Shown here piece after piece: positions 27,301-39,300 of a stretch of DNA of 64,000 nt. Both the position numbers and the translations under genes were made by a program. The stretch lies in NCBI GenBank assembly GCA_963924565.1, contig OZ004615.1:25978001-26042000 (forward strand), in the 5' to 3' direction. Source of the DNA: Ascidiella aspersa (taxonomy: Eukaryota). Under the pieces are notes generated by a model. It saw only the letters and a program-made list of their open reading frames with translations, had not been told where the DNA came from and did no database searches. Every line of letters begins with the position of its first letter. Position 1 is the stretch's first letter.

Positions 27301-30300
27301 CATTAGGTGGTTCTCTTGAGCAAAATGACGAACCTGAATCGCTTTTGCTTATTTTAAAACTGATTTTCTACCAACATTGTATTGGTGAAAGTGGTTGAAA
27401 CTTTAATGAGTACTAAGTAACAAGTTATGTCCAGTAACTAAATAAATAATTATAAAACCACACGAAAAGCGTGCAAATTTCGCGTTTAAATGGTCATTTA
27501 TAAACAAGGATACTGATAATTTTAAAAGCAAGCGGTTGTAGACCTCCTCTATTAGCAGGGCCAGAAGTGAACCAGTTTAATGCGGGTTATTAACTGTAAC
27601 TACGAACGAAAATTCTAAATATGCCGAAATGTACTTTTTAGGAATCAATTCATGCTATTGTGACGTAACCACATATATTGCGCAATCCTAGCATCCGACA
27701 ATTGATAAAAATCGTGGGAAGTTGTGTTTTATATGTTTCCGCTCTAAAATATTCCCACGCATTTGTTTAAACATAAGGTTGTAATTCGTGACATTGCCAC
27801 AAAAAGATTGTAAACAAGTAATTTTTAAATAGTCCTTATCAGATCATTAAAAAAATTAGTCCAAGACGCTATTTTCACCAGATGCAAAGGTAAATCTCAG
27901 CCTGATTCATTATTATACCCCTGGTGTTCTAAAAATAAAAAATAAACTCAAAACTTACGATTTCTTGATCGATTGTCTTTCCCACATACTCCTCACGTTG
28001 CTGACGTCACTTGCGTCGTCATCCGATGATGACGTAGACGAGAGCGTGTCCGCATCAGAGAGCCCTTCTTCGTCTTCGAAATCAGAAACGTCACTCTCCG
28101 TCTGCTTTCGTAGTCGTGACGTCATCACGGTCTTGGGCGGTTGCTTGGCAACGGGCGATCTCTTTGGTGACGTAGTGGTAGTTTCAATGACGTCATATTT
28201 CGGCGATGGCGGGGTTTCTTCCTTTGGCGATAATGAAGCGTAGGACGAAGACGATGACGTCACGCTCTGTTTAGGCGATGGCGTGTCTGATGACGTCACG
28301 CTCTCTTTGGGTGATGACGTAGTAGTGGACCTCTTGGGCGATCGAGAGGGCGATTGTTTGCTCATAGAGTGGAACAATGCCTTGGCTCCCTGGAGTCTTC
28401 CCATCGTGTTTGTGTCGAAAGCTTCATCGGTTGAAGCATCGAATGCTGACTTCTTGCTACTCTGCTTCGACTCCCACATACTAAGCATCGAACCCACGTT
28501 ACGACTTCCCTCAACCGGTTCCGGGGGGGTCTGCGGCTCCGAGGGGGGACGCTCGAAGCTGCTCTTGACGTCATTCACGCTCACAGAGCTCAAATCTTTC
28601 CGGGTCTGCGAGGTAACCGGCGTTTTTCTCTCTTCTATCTTCACTTCCCAGATCGCTTTTAGTTTTCCCGCGTCAGGGACTGAGTCACGTGCTTCTTCTG
28701 TGACCTTGACGTCACGTGGTTCCGTGACCTTGACGTCACGTGATTCCGTGACCTTGGGACCACGTGATTCCGTGACCTTGACGTCACGTGTGTGTTGATC
28801 CCCATTGTGACGTGGTTTGGCTTCCGAAATGGTTTGAAGTTTTTTTCTTGAGCCGTAAGAAGAACTTGAAGTATCTGTATCCTAGGAATAAAAAACATTT
28901 TTAAGTAATGTTCAAAGTTTCGAAAATCTTATGAATAGATGAACTGGGAAATGCCCGACAATTTGGTGTTTTATTCTGATACATCAGATTAACAAGTTGT
29001 TTGAACCTGCAATTAACAATATTTTAAAAACGTTTGTGGCTCGTACCCACAGAGTCCGTGAAAAACCTGTGTTCCCAGTATTGTAAAAAATGTTGTTTTT
29101 TTATGACACACATATATACAATATGTTGTTTTGATATTGTTGTTTTGTGTTTACGTTCACATTTCATTCCAATGTACTTGCTTGAAAATAAAATCTAACC
29201 TAAAATTTTGATTCTGAATAACTTTTTTATGTAGGTCGAGCAAAATATATTTAACAAATATTGAAAATGTAACTGCTTCGGTGCATTTGCTACATCCACT
29301 CAGTTTTACACAATGGTGACCATGAATGATAAAATTGTACAATTTCACATTTCTTTAAACGAAACAATCGACAATCAACATGCTGGAAAGATGAATCCAG
29401 CTGTTTTAAAGCGTTTGTTAAAATATTAATTATGCATTTATAAATCAAAACTCAACATTTGCCCTAGAAAGCATGAGTAAGCCAGGGTGGAGGAACATAA
29501 GATGTGCTGAAGTCATAAAAATATTCAACTCAAAGTAAGCCTTGTCACTTGTGCACCAAAAAATAATATATATGAGGGCAAAACAAAGAACTGGTTAACA
29601 GGTGTGCAACTAGGATTGACAGTTTGTTTATTTGTTAAAGTTAACGATTCACACAAAAACGCCTTTATATTGTTCCAAAACTTTATTTTAGATGCACGGC
29701 GCCTTTAGGCGAAAGACTTTTTTCAATAAAGGGCAAAAGAAGTTTTGGAGGGGGGCTGGAATACGCCCCTGCTGCAAGACCAAAACACATAGCTGGAATA
29801 AAAGTTACGTCATCCAAATATCTGAATGTAAGGTGTTGCACAAGGCCAAAGTGACCGAAAGGTTTAAACTGCAACCTACTCCTGTCATAAACTACCAACT
29901 ATAGCTTGTCGCAAAGCAAATAGTGGCGGTTCATCTAAAATTTACAACGGTCAGTCAACTTTAAAATATCAAAAGACCACAACCAACAACCATAAATCAT
30001 CCTTAAATTATCAAGCTTGAGACTGTAATGACGTCAAGGCGACATCGCGTCGTAATTTAACGAATTAATTGTTCGCCATTATTAACGACAATAACCGCTC
30101 TTATGACATAACAGTGGGTCAATTATATTGTGAGGTCACAGTTGTAACATGCAAAGGTGTTGTGAGGCGATAATGGCCAGCATTGTTTAGGTTGTGTTAC
30201 CAAACAATCAGCTTCCTGTCAGTCGTACCATCACTTCCCCATACAGGTCACGTGATAGCAGCTAGTCACGACAGTTAAGTGCTTCAACAAACTTCGGTTT

Positions 30301-33300
30301 AAATCGACAATTTAAAGAGACCAGTTGTACAAGCTCTTTTACAAACATTGTAGATTTATTAGAAGAGTCTTTAATTCTTTATTTTCAATACACCTTAAAA
30401 TTTTCAAACCTTCAGACAATTAAAATGGTCTTATTTAAAAGAAGCAAATTGTCTTGTTCATTTACCAATTTTGTTCAGCATTGATAACTTGTCCATTTGA
30501 ATATAGACAAGCTGAAAGCTATGTTTTTAAAACAATGTTTTTACCACAGGGATAAATAACCTAGCGTAATTAAAAGGTATGTGATTTGTACGTAACAGCA
30601 AGCAGCATATTGTTAAACCACTGATGCAAAGCTTTAAAACGTTGTGTGGAATGTCCTGCAAGGAAGTGAAACCCAATAAATGGAAATTTGCAAAGTTGCT
30701 AAATTCTGCTTTTAAACATTTCCTCAGCAAGTATGAATGCCAAAGCTCATACAGAAGTAGGTTTCATTCAGTTAACGAATTTTAGTCATAGTTAACATAG
30801 TTATTTCCTTAACTATTAGGGCAAACTGGGTTTTGTGGTTCACTTCTGATAACTAACGTATATTATTGGTTGATGTGAAGAACAAAAATACCACCAATTA
30901 GCCTCTTATTCAACTAAGCCGCGAATTGAACTTCCAAAGGCGCTTTGACATTCTTACGGTTGGCCGACTATGTTTTGTAAGCACTAGCAACACCGGTCCA
31001 CCCTACTTAGTAGTGTCTTTGTGGTAAAAGTAGCCAATGCTATTTAACTATGCTTATTTCCTATGAGCTAAGGTTGCTTTATTTATCAATTTTTTAAGAT
31101 TCCTGGCTTTATACAGTGGTTTGTTTTAGTAACAGGCCCTATTATGCCATTTTCTCACCTTTATCGACAATTTAGAAATAACTTGCCTTTAAACTGACAT
31201 TGGAAATAGAACTTGCAGATTTGGAAATAATACTTGCAAAACGAATGCAGCTTTCTTAGAAGCGGCTATATTGACCTTCTATGAATTAACATTACAAATG
31301 TTTTCTAAGAAAATGAGCACGGCAATATGTAAGAATAATCTCCAACTTCAGATATTTAGAAGCGCACTTTCACTGGGAAATAAATCTGCTACGAGTCACA
31401 CCACCAGCAGGGTCGCAAACCAAGGTTGGAAAACTTTTATATACAAAACTAAAATATCACTTTTAAACCAGATGTTTAACAGCTTACTACCGAATGGGCG
31501 ATAACCGATACGATACATGATACCACCCTAGTATCGGACAAGCATTAAACGATGCAGTAAAAGTATCAGACATTATTTAAATAGCACCACAGCGCCATTG
31601 TGATACACAGCTACAAAATTGATCAGGAAGTTATGATACAACATCAATAAATATCGGACAAAGACCAACACCAATGGTGTATCAATTACAGAGAGATAAT
31701 AATCAGAATAGGACAAGTACGATAAAACTTACTCCAGTATCGGGCGGACAAAAACCGATACGATATAGGATTAGTATCGGGCATTATGCCATTATAGGTT
31801 AGCAAGTGCTTTCAATTTTATTGACTAACTTGAGTTAACATATCAGCCTAGTATCGGGTGGCAAGGACCGATACTATACAGCCATAATATTACCCAGTAT
31901 CGAGCAATATTTGGAAAGTTACAACAACTCACATTATTATCGAGCCAGGAAATATCTCCATCTTCATCGGAGGAACTCGCATCAGAAAATACAGACTCGT
32001 CCGAACTCGAATCCATCGCTGCATCGTATCTGACAATGGGAAAGCGTTACTTGCATTGTTACGTAATAATTATATGCGCGAAAAGGTTGGAAAATGTTAC
32101 GGTATTTTGCGGTATTTTAAAAGTTATAAACTGCAATAGGCTTTATATATGTGAACGAATTTTTCATTGTTGTAATGTAAAGGCTATAAGTTTCTCGTTG
32201 ATTTTTAACAATTAGAGAACTCTCGATCATTTATTTCTTGGTAGTTATCGATACTTTTTAAATAAATAATTTTTTTAAATTGTTTTGTTAATGTAAAATA
32301 ACAACTAAAACTGCTTATCACGTATCTATTGTACGGTAGTTACAGGTCAGGCTGATAAATTATATTTTTAACACAAAAAGTTGTGTCCACAAAAACACTG
32401 TATTTTTATGGATGGATAAAATTTAAGATTAAACGAAAAATGAGCGGGTTTGTCTTAAAAAGCTAAAACTCATTTTAAGCCCAACAAGATTACAACAGCA
32501 ATCCTAACCGCTCACCTCAGTAAAGCTTTCCTCAGTCTTTCCCTTCGTTCAGCAGCTGGCAGCTGACTGAACCTGACCTTGGCTTGCACAGACATCGCTT
32601 CACTTTTGGGGGGTTCTGGGGCTGAAATGAGGCCTTGTGGGGCTCCAGGTCTTGCTTCAACTTGGGTTTCAAACTTTTCCTGGGGTTTTACTGCCTCGGA
32701 AACTGTTTGTTGTTGACTTAAAGTTGTGTTTTCAAAAGAAGGCCAGGCTTCTTTGCTTTTTGCTTGGTTGTTATCGCTAAAACCAGGTTTTGAGTCTGAA
32801 ACAACTGGAACTGAATCGACAAAACGCGAAGTTTCGCTTAATTTTTTGTAATTTTCCTCCAACAAACCGAAATTGCCTTTAGAAAGCTCACTTCTGTCCA
32901 CAGCAAGAGACTCAGTCGCAGCAGAAAAGTCGCTTGTGTCACGAACGCCGGCCTCAATCGCAACTCGCTCCTTTTTCCCTTCTCTCCTCTCGCGTGACGT
33001 CACTGCCCCTCTCTGCTCCTCGGCTCCCACTCCGGAGAGTGACGTACTTCCGATGAGAGCAGTGCTTCCTGCTTGGGGCTGAGCCGAGCTGCTGTTGTGG
33101 CTAGCAGTGGCTGAACAATCCAAGTTTTCACGACAAACACCTTTCGACTCGGTTTTTGTCACTTCTGACTTGACTTGATGGTGCTCTTTGTTGACTGGCC
33201 GTGAAATTTGCTTTGAAACGCTTGTTTTTCTGGTGTTTTTGTGGTTTTGCTGAGGGTGGTGATGGTCTGCGGTTGTAATTAGCTTGTCCGCTTTTGGATT

Positions 33301-36300
33301 TACAAATTTTTCGCTTTTTATCGTGATTTTTTCAGGTTCAAGGTCGGAAAACATTTGCTTATTAATTCTTTCCTGCTTAATTTCGTTTGCTTGCTTTGTT
33401 TGAATCCCCGGTTGTAAATAATCTCCACTTGCGAAGTTTGTAGTTGTTTGTGGCGGTTTTTCGAGTTCGGTCAAGAAACTCTCCACTTTTTTTTCGCTCA
33501 CACTTTTATCTTCACTCTCAAAAAATCGGTTGATGCTGTTTTCAGCTTCCAGCTTCGCCCTTGTCAACGCTTCGTCAGCCTTGTGCGTTTTTGACGACTT
33601 TTTGTTCACAATTTGGGAGTTTTTTGGAACTTTAACCGATGACATTTGCACTTGGATCGATTTTTTGACTTTTTCAGCTTTTGGAGACTTAGTTTTGTTA
33701 GTTGTTTGGTGAATTTCTTTGGATTTTTCTGGTTCTTTAACAGAGTGCTGTGCAGGTCCGGATTTATCTTCGCTCTTTGTGCTTGCCTTTTTCTTTTGTC
33801 CGAATTCTCTCGTCTTCAAAGTATCGATTTCTTCCGATAAAGTTCGGAAAGTATTTATCGCCTCTTCGACGCTGCAGTTTATGTCGACGTCATCATCACG
33901 TGACGCGTGTTCACTGGAGCGTGGCGGATCACGTGACTTGGGTGCCGGCGATTGTGAGTCATCAATTATTTCCGCCTTGTCACCAAAAGTGCCTGAAACG
34001 AGAATATTTGAATCGAGGTTATTCGGGAAGTTGTTAACGTAACAATACGATTGTTTACTTGACAATTGAGATCAACTGTTACGTAATTGTGAGATAACAA
34101 ATGGATTGACTTGTAGAAAAAACGGTTGCGGACAAACATGGATACTGAAAAGATATTTATAACGAAGCTGTGGTTTAAATATTGCAACCAAATTTGGCAT
34201 TAATTCAATCAAGCCATCGTTTTTAAACCCAACGCCGCTTGTTGTGGTTGGTTCATACGGCTAGACGCATAACAGTGGTTCTCAACAATATTTATTAAAC
34301 TTTCGCTGTTATACTCACACTCACACTTAGCACTTTGGTCACCGCGAAAAAAGGTTGAAAAAACAGTAAAATAACCAGTGTGTCCAACTTTTAAGTGGAA
34401 TCACGCACAAAATTATCCTATTCCACCTTATAACATGAAAAATAAAGTAACAGTTTCAAACCTTTTTATAAATCTAATATACACAAAAATCTGACAAACA
34501 ATAGCTGCATATAGGTGCCTAATTTAAATATATACAAAATATTCTCAAGTTACACGCTTAGAACCACCTGGTCAACTATTCCTATCTAACTGCAGCAACA
34601 GGTTTCTAAACATTAACTTGCCGCCATTAACAAGTCAAGACAATTCTGTTACGACTCGCTAATGACCCCGGAGACAATTAAACGTCACAATTGGCATTGT
34701 TAAAGTTTGTTTGTGGCTTCCTTATTTGGTAAGAGTGCAAGGTTCGGCGGTTGGGCGTGAAACGTTGTGAAACTAAACGATGCACTTTTAAAAATGCAAG
34801 ACAACATCATCTGTGGGTCGGATATGTTTCAATAAAAATCTGGGAAACGTTTTTTAAAGGTTTAAACTTCGCCTATTATACTGTTGTATTATCAACTTTT
34901 CCCTAACAACTAAGAAAGTAGCTAAACTTGTTAGATCATTTGATGCGCATTTTACGTTAAAACTGTCAAAACGTTGCTTGGATATTTACAGCAACAATGT
35001 TTAACGCATTTTATTCTTTTTATTGGAACAAATGTTGCAGAGTATGCACTTTGCAGAAATCACCGTCTCAATAAGAGCCTGGAGTTATTTCGTTAATACT
35101 ATACGAGGCAACATTATGAATTTTTTTAAACAAATAAAACACCTTTAAACCCAGAATACAGTAGCAATATTCCATATGTCGGCTACACTATCGATATTGG
35201 CCAATTTTCGAAACACTGTGTGTGTGCATATCCTTATTCTGCCAGCACTGCAATCATTGGATAAGCGAAATAACTCCAAAATTGTGGTCTTATTATTGAA
35301 AAGCGCAAATTAGATGGAATCCCAGAACAACATCAAATGTTATCAAGCAAGATATCCACTACCTTAGTGGAATTGTTACGTAGTAATAATATTGAATGCT
35401 TATGCGAAAATTCTCGCTATAACCCGTTTTAAAATACAGTCCAATAAAGAATGGATTTTTATAGTAGCAAGTCAAATAAAATAAAGAGCTACGAAACTAA
35501 TCGTAAATGTTTCCCAATATAATGATAACTATCTATTTATTAACAGAGCGTCTATTTATTAATTTTGGGTGAGATTCGAACTCATGACTGCGGAATATAC
35601 AATCGCCGGTCGGATTATGCAAACAAACAGTCAAATGTCAGCATTTAGCTAAACTTGTTGCACTGGAAATGTGATTTTGGAAATCACCTTAACCCTTAAG
35701 ATAAAAGTCGACCTCAACTCCTAATAGGCCACAGCAGAATACTGGTATCAACGCCAGATACTTTTTTATAGATGGTTACCTAAATATATATATATTTCGC
35801 CGACATCGCCGGTATATCATATTTCGAATAAATAATACTTAGCATCTCTACTAATAACACCATAAGCATAAACACTACAGACTGTTTATTACTTTTTCGA
35901 ATCTAAAAACCTTTAACTAAGCTAGATTATATATACACCTGCACACATGTACTTTGTGAGGTGACAACTGAATTATTTATGGCCTTATGACATCACAAAG
36001 CACCTCTTTAAACGTAATCACGACACAATTTTGCTTTCAAACCTTTACGATCATTTCGAAGCGAAGTTACAACAAAATTATGTCGGTTTCATTACACAAC
36101 TTTTAACGGAGGTCACGTAACTTCCAGTAAGTTTGTAAAATAAATCTCAGTAATATTAAAACTAAATAACAATTCTGTAACTGTAAGATTGCAATACCTT
36201 TTTAAAAAACCAGCTATGAAAACAGTTTTGCAAGCGGACATTTCTCTTCCAATTCCTTCCTTTTGAAAACCAGAATAGTTTTAGTGAACTATCAATATTA

Positions 36301-39300
36301 ATATAATTTGCATTTTTGGCTAAAAAATCATCAGCGCTGATTTCGGAAGAATGACATTTTCCCAAAATTGTAATTTAAAACGTTAGTTCGGGAGGTTAAA
36401 ATAAATAAAGAAATTCAACAATTGAAATAAATCCAACAGAAATACCGCAATTACCACTCATATTAAAAAAAAAAACAGTTTTTTTGCATGTAACCTATAA
36501 TTAAACCTTATTCTCTTAGCATCATAAATCGCAAAAACTCCGATAAAATATCAACTAAACGTCTGAAAATGTAATCAAGGTCAAAGAAAAAAATGCCTCA
36601 ATAACTAAAACACCAAACGGTCAGCCTTAACAGTAAATACGTGATTGAAACTCAACAACCAAACGATAATGAACATCTCAGTTGTTAAATCACCAAGATT
36701 CTCGCTAAACGACATAATTAACACAAATCACAGATTCACAGAAGCAAGGTTTATTACGACACAAAGAGACCCTTCCACTCAGCCAATGAGAAGTCTGCCA
36801 CTTAAGGGAGACAATGGCACTTGTGACGTCACAAATACAAAGTGACAATAGTTACGTCACAAGAGTCGGCAGTTCAATTGTTTCGGTTGAAGAAATTCGT
36901 GGAAACGTTAACTTAATTAAAAGTGATTTGAAAGAAATACCAGTTTGGAAGTTTGGTTTGAGTGGGATTTGAACTCACAACCGTGGGAATTCAGATAATA
37001 TCGGATTGGAACCGATTATATCCGCCATGGTCTGCGATCGAATGCAGCAATTATTTTAGAATATTTACAGCGTGAATTTATTTTAAAGATTATAAAGTGA
37101 CGTCATAAAATAAATAGGCTCAAAAAATCTGCTATTTTCAGTCAAAAAAATGTGAAACTTGAACAAAGTATTCAAGGGGAAGGCGCCAAATTGATTAAAA
37201 CTTTTGGTTTGTTTATGCCATTTTTCACATAATAAACTATGATTTAGGCCTTCGTGGACCCCCTAAAACTAATCCATGGGTCCCAGTTTAAAAACCCCTT
37301 CTAAAACTTAAATTTTACGTTTTGCCATGGAATATCAAAACTGATTTGATCAGCCTAGCTTAGCTAAAGTAAAAACAAACATCTGGCAAAATAATCTCAA
37401 TACTGATGACGTCAATATAATGACGTAACAAATATATTTAACGCTACGTCATCACAATAAATTTATGAAAACTTCTACAAATCTGTACAACTAGATGTAA
37501 AACTTTTCAACAAACCTGCGTCGTTGGTGAAGACATTATCCTCGATGATTTTAACTGAATCGTAACTTGGAGGTGATTTCGGATAAATGTCTTCGGAAGG
37601 TTTCGGATTTGTTTGCCGATTTTCGGAAGGTTTCGCATTTGTTCGCCGATTTTCGGAAGGCTTCGAAGATTTTCGTTCCAGGGACTCTGGGGCGACATAA
37701 AGTGGTCATTTTTTTGCTGTAAGGTTCAATAATTATAATAAACATGGGAAAGGTTTAAATGTACAGGTTTACAAAGAAGAATTTATACAAGTTTGTTGAG
37801 GAAATTTCTAACCGTTTTGAGAAGAAATAAAAAATATAAAGTGTATGCAACTTTAAAACAGTGTTCACCAAACTACGGCCAGCGACATATTTCCTCATAC
37901 AACCAAAACGGTTAAAGTTAAACGGAACTGTTTGTCGGGAGCAAATATAATCCAAATTTGGATAAAGTTTCACACTTAACGACAATTTTAGAATGTGTAA
38001 TATTATGTTAATATTTTTTGGTTTAACAAAAATGAAGTGAATGAAGTTCGACACAAATTTTATATGTGGACCTTAATGAAAAAAGTAGGATTTGCAATGT
38101 TTTTCTTAAACCGGCAATTAATCATTTTAAAAACTGCCCAGATTATTTTAAAGCTCGAAAACCTGTTTTAATTATTTTGTCTTTTTCAGACTTGTTGTGT
38201 TTACTTTCATAACTCACCACTAACTTTTAAAAATCCGAGCAAAAACTACATTTCTTTGCGTGGGAAATTTACCTAATTTGAAAACACACTAAACAGAAAT
38301 AAATAAAAAACAACAAAATAAACATACAGTTGTTAAAAGAAAAATACAACATAAAAATAAGTTTTACGCATTCAAGAAAATGAATGAAAATGACAAGGAA
38401 TTTGAAAAATCTCACCCTTCAAGGAATTACTTACGTTTGCTTGGATTGTTAAGATCTTCGAGTTTGCTCCAATTAAAATCACTGAAGATATCATCGACGA
38501 CCGAGAGAAGTTTAAGTCCTGAGCACCACAGGAGCATGCGAGAAAAAGGCAATCGGGAAACGTTAAAATAAAGAAACAAAAACAAAACTACGAAGTGTTA
38601 GTAGGTTAAAAACAAGAAACTGCATAATATAAAAATGCATAACTTTAAAATAGAAAAACAACAGTTTTTAGTAGAAAAATTTTAGTATATAATTAGTTAA
38701 AATGTACGTCGCAGTTTGTTAGAACGAAAATTTCTTCCCAAAAGTAGAAAACATAATAAGAAAAAGGTTTGACACATTTGCCAATAATCCCTTTCTCAAT
38801 ATAAATGAGAATAAGTCAAGCAGAGTTAGAAAGTATAAGACATTCATGTTCAAAATGACGTCACCAGAATGTTTTACCTTCGTCAATTTTGCTCAAAGAA
38901 GAAGTTTTTTCTTCTTGAAATATTTCCTTTTTAGCCTGAACTTTGGCTGACCCCGTGTTGCTTGTTACGTCACAATCGATCAGCTGCCGAGATTTTGTCC
39001 TTTACCAAAACATTTTGATTTTGATTTGAGCAAAAAATGTGACTTTTAAACTTAAATGTGTTTCTAAAATGTTTGGAGAACAATTATTAAGAGACATCTA
39101 ATTTATTTTTTAGCAAAAGTATAATTCCGTTAAATCATTAAAAGATCACATAAACGCGATTTTATACAAAGTTAATGTAACAAGTAAATACAATACAGAA
39201 CTATTGCATGTTCATAAATGTAATTATTGAAGCCCAATTAGGTTTTTTGTAGAGGAAAATTATTACAACATGGGAAAAATTTACGCCGTTTATCTCTTTT

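Noticed and set aside
27965-28798. Plus-strand ORFs of 92 and 171 aa (also 32873-34042 and 6754-7044)
   Set aside because: Antisense shadows of S/T/E/K-rich supervillin exons, with no splice or start context of their own.
32512-34065. 517-aa ORF as an independent single-exon gene
   Set aside because: It begins at a non-ATG codon and is bounded internally by a phase-compatible acceptor (33992) and donor (32516).
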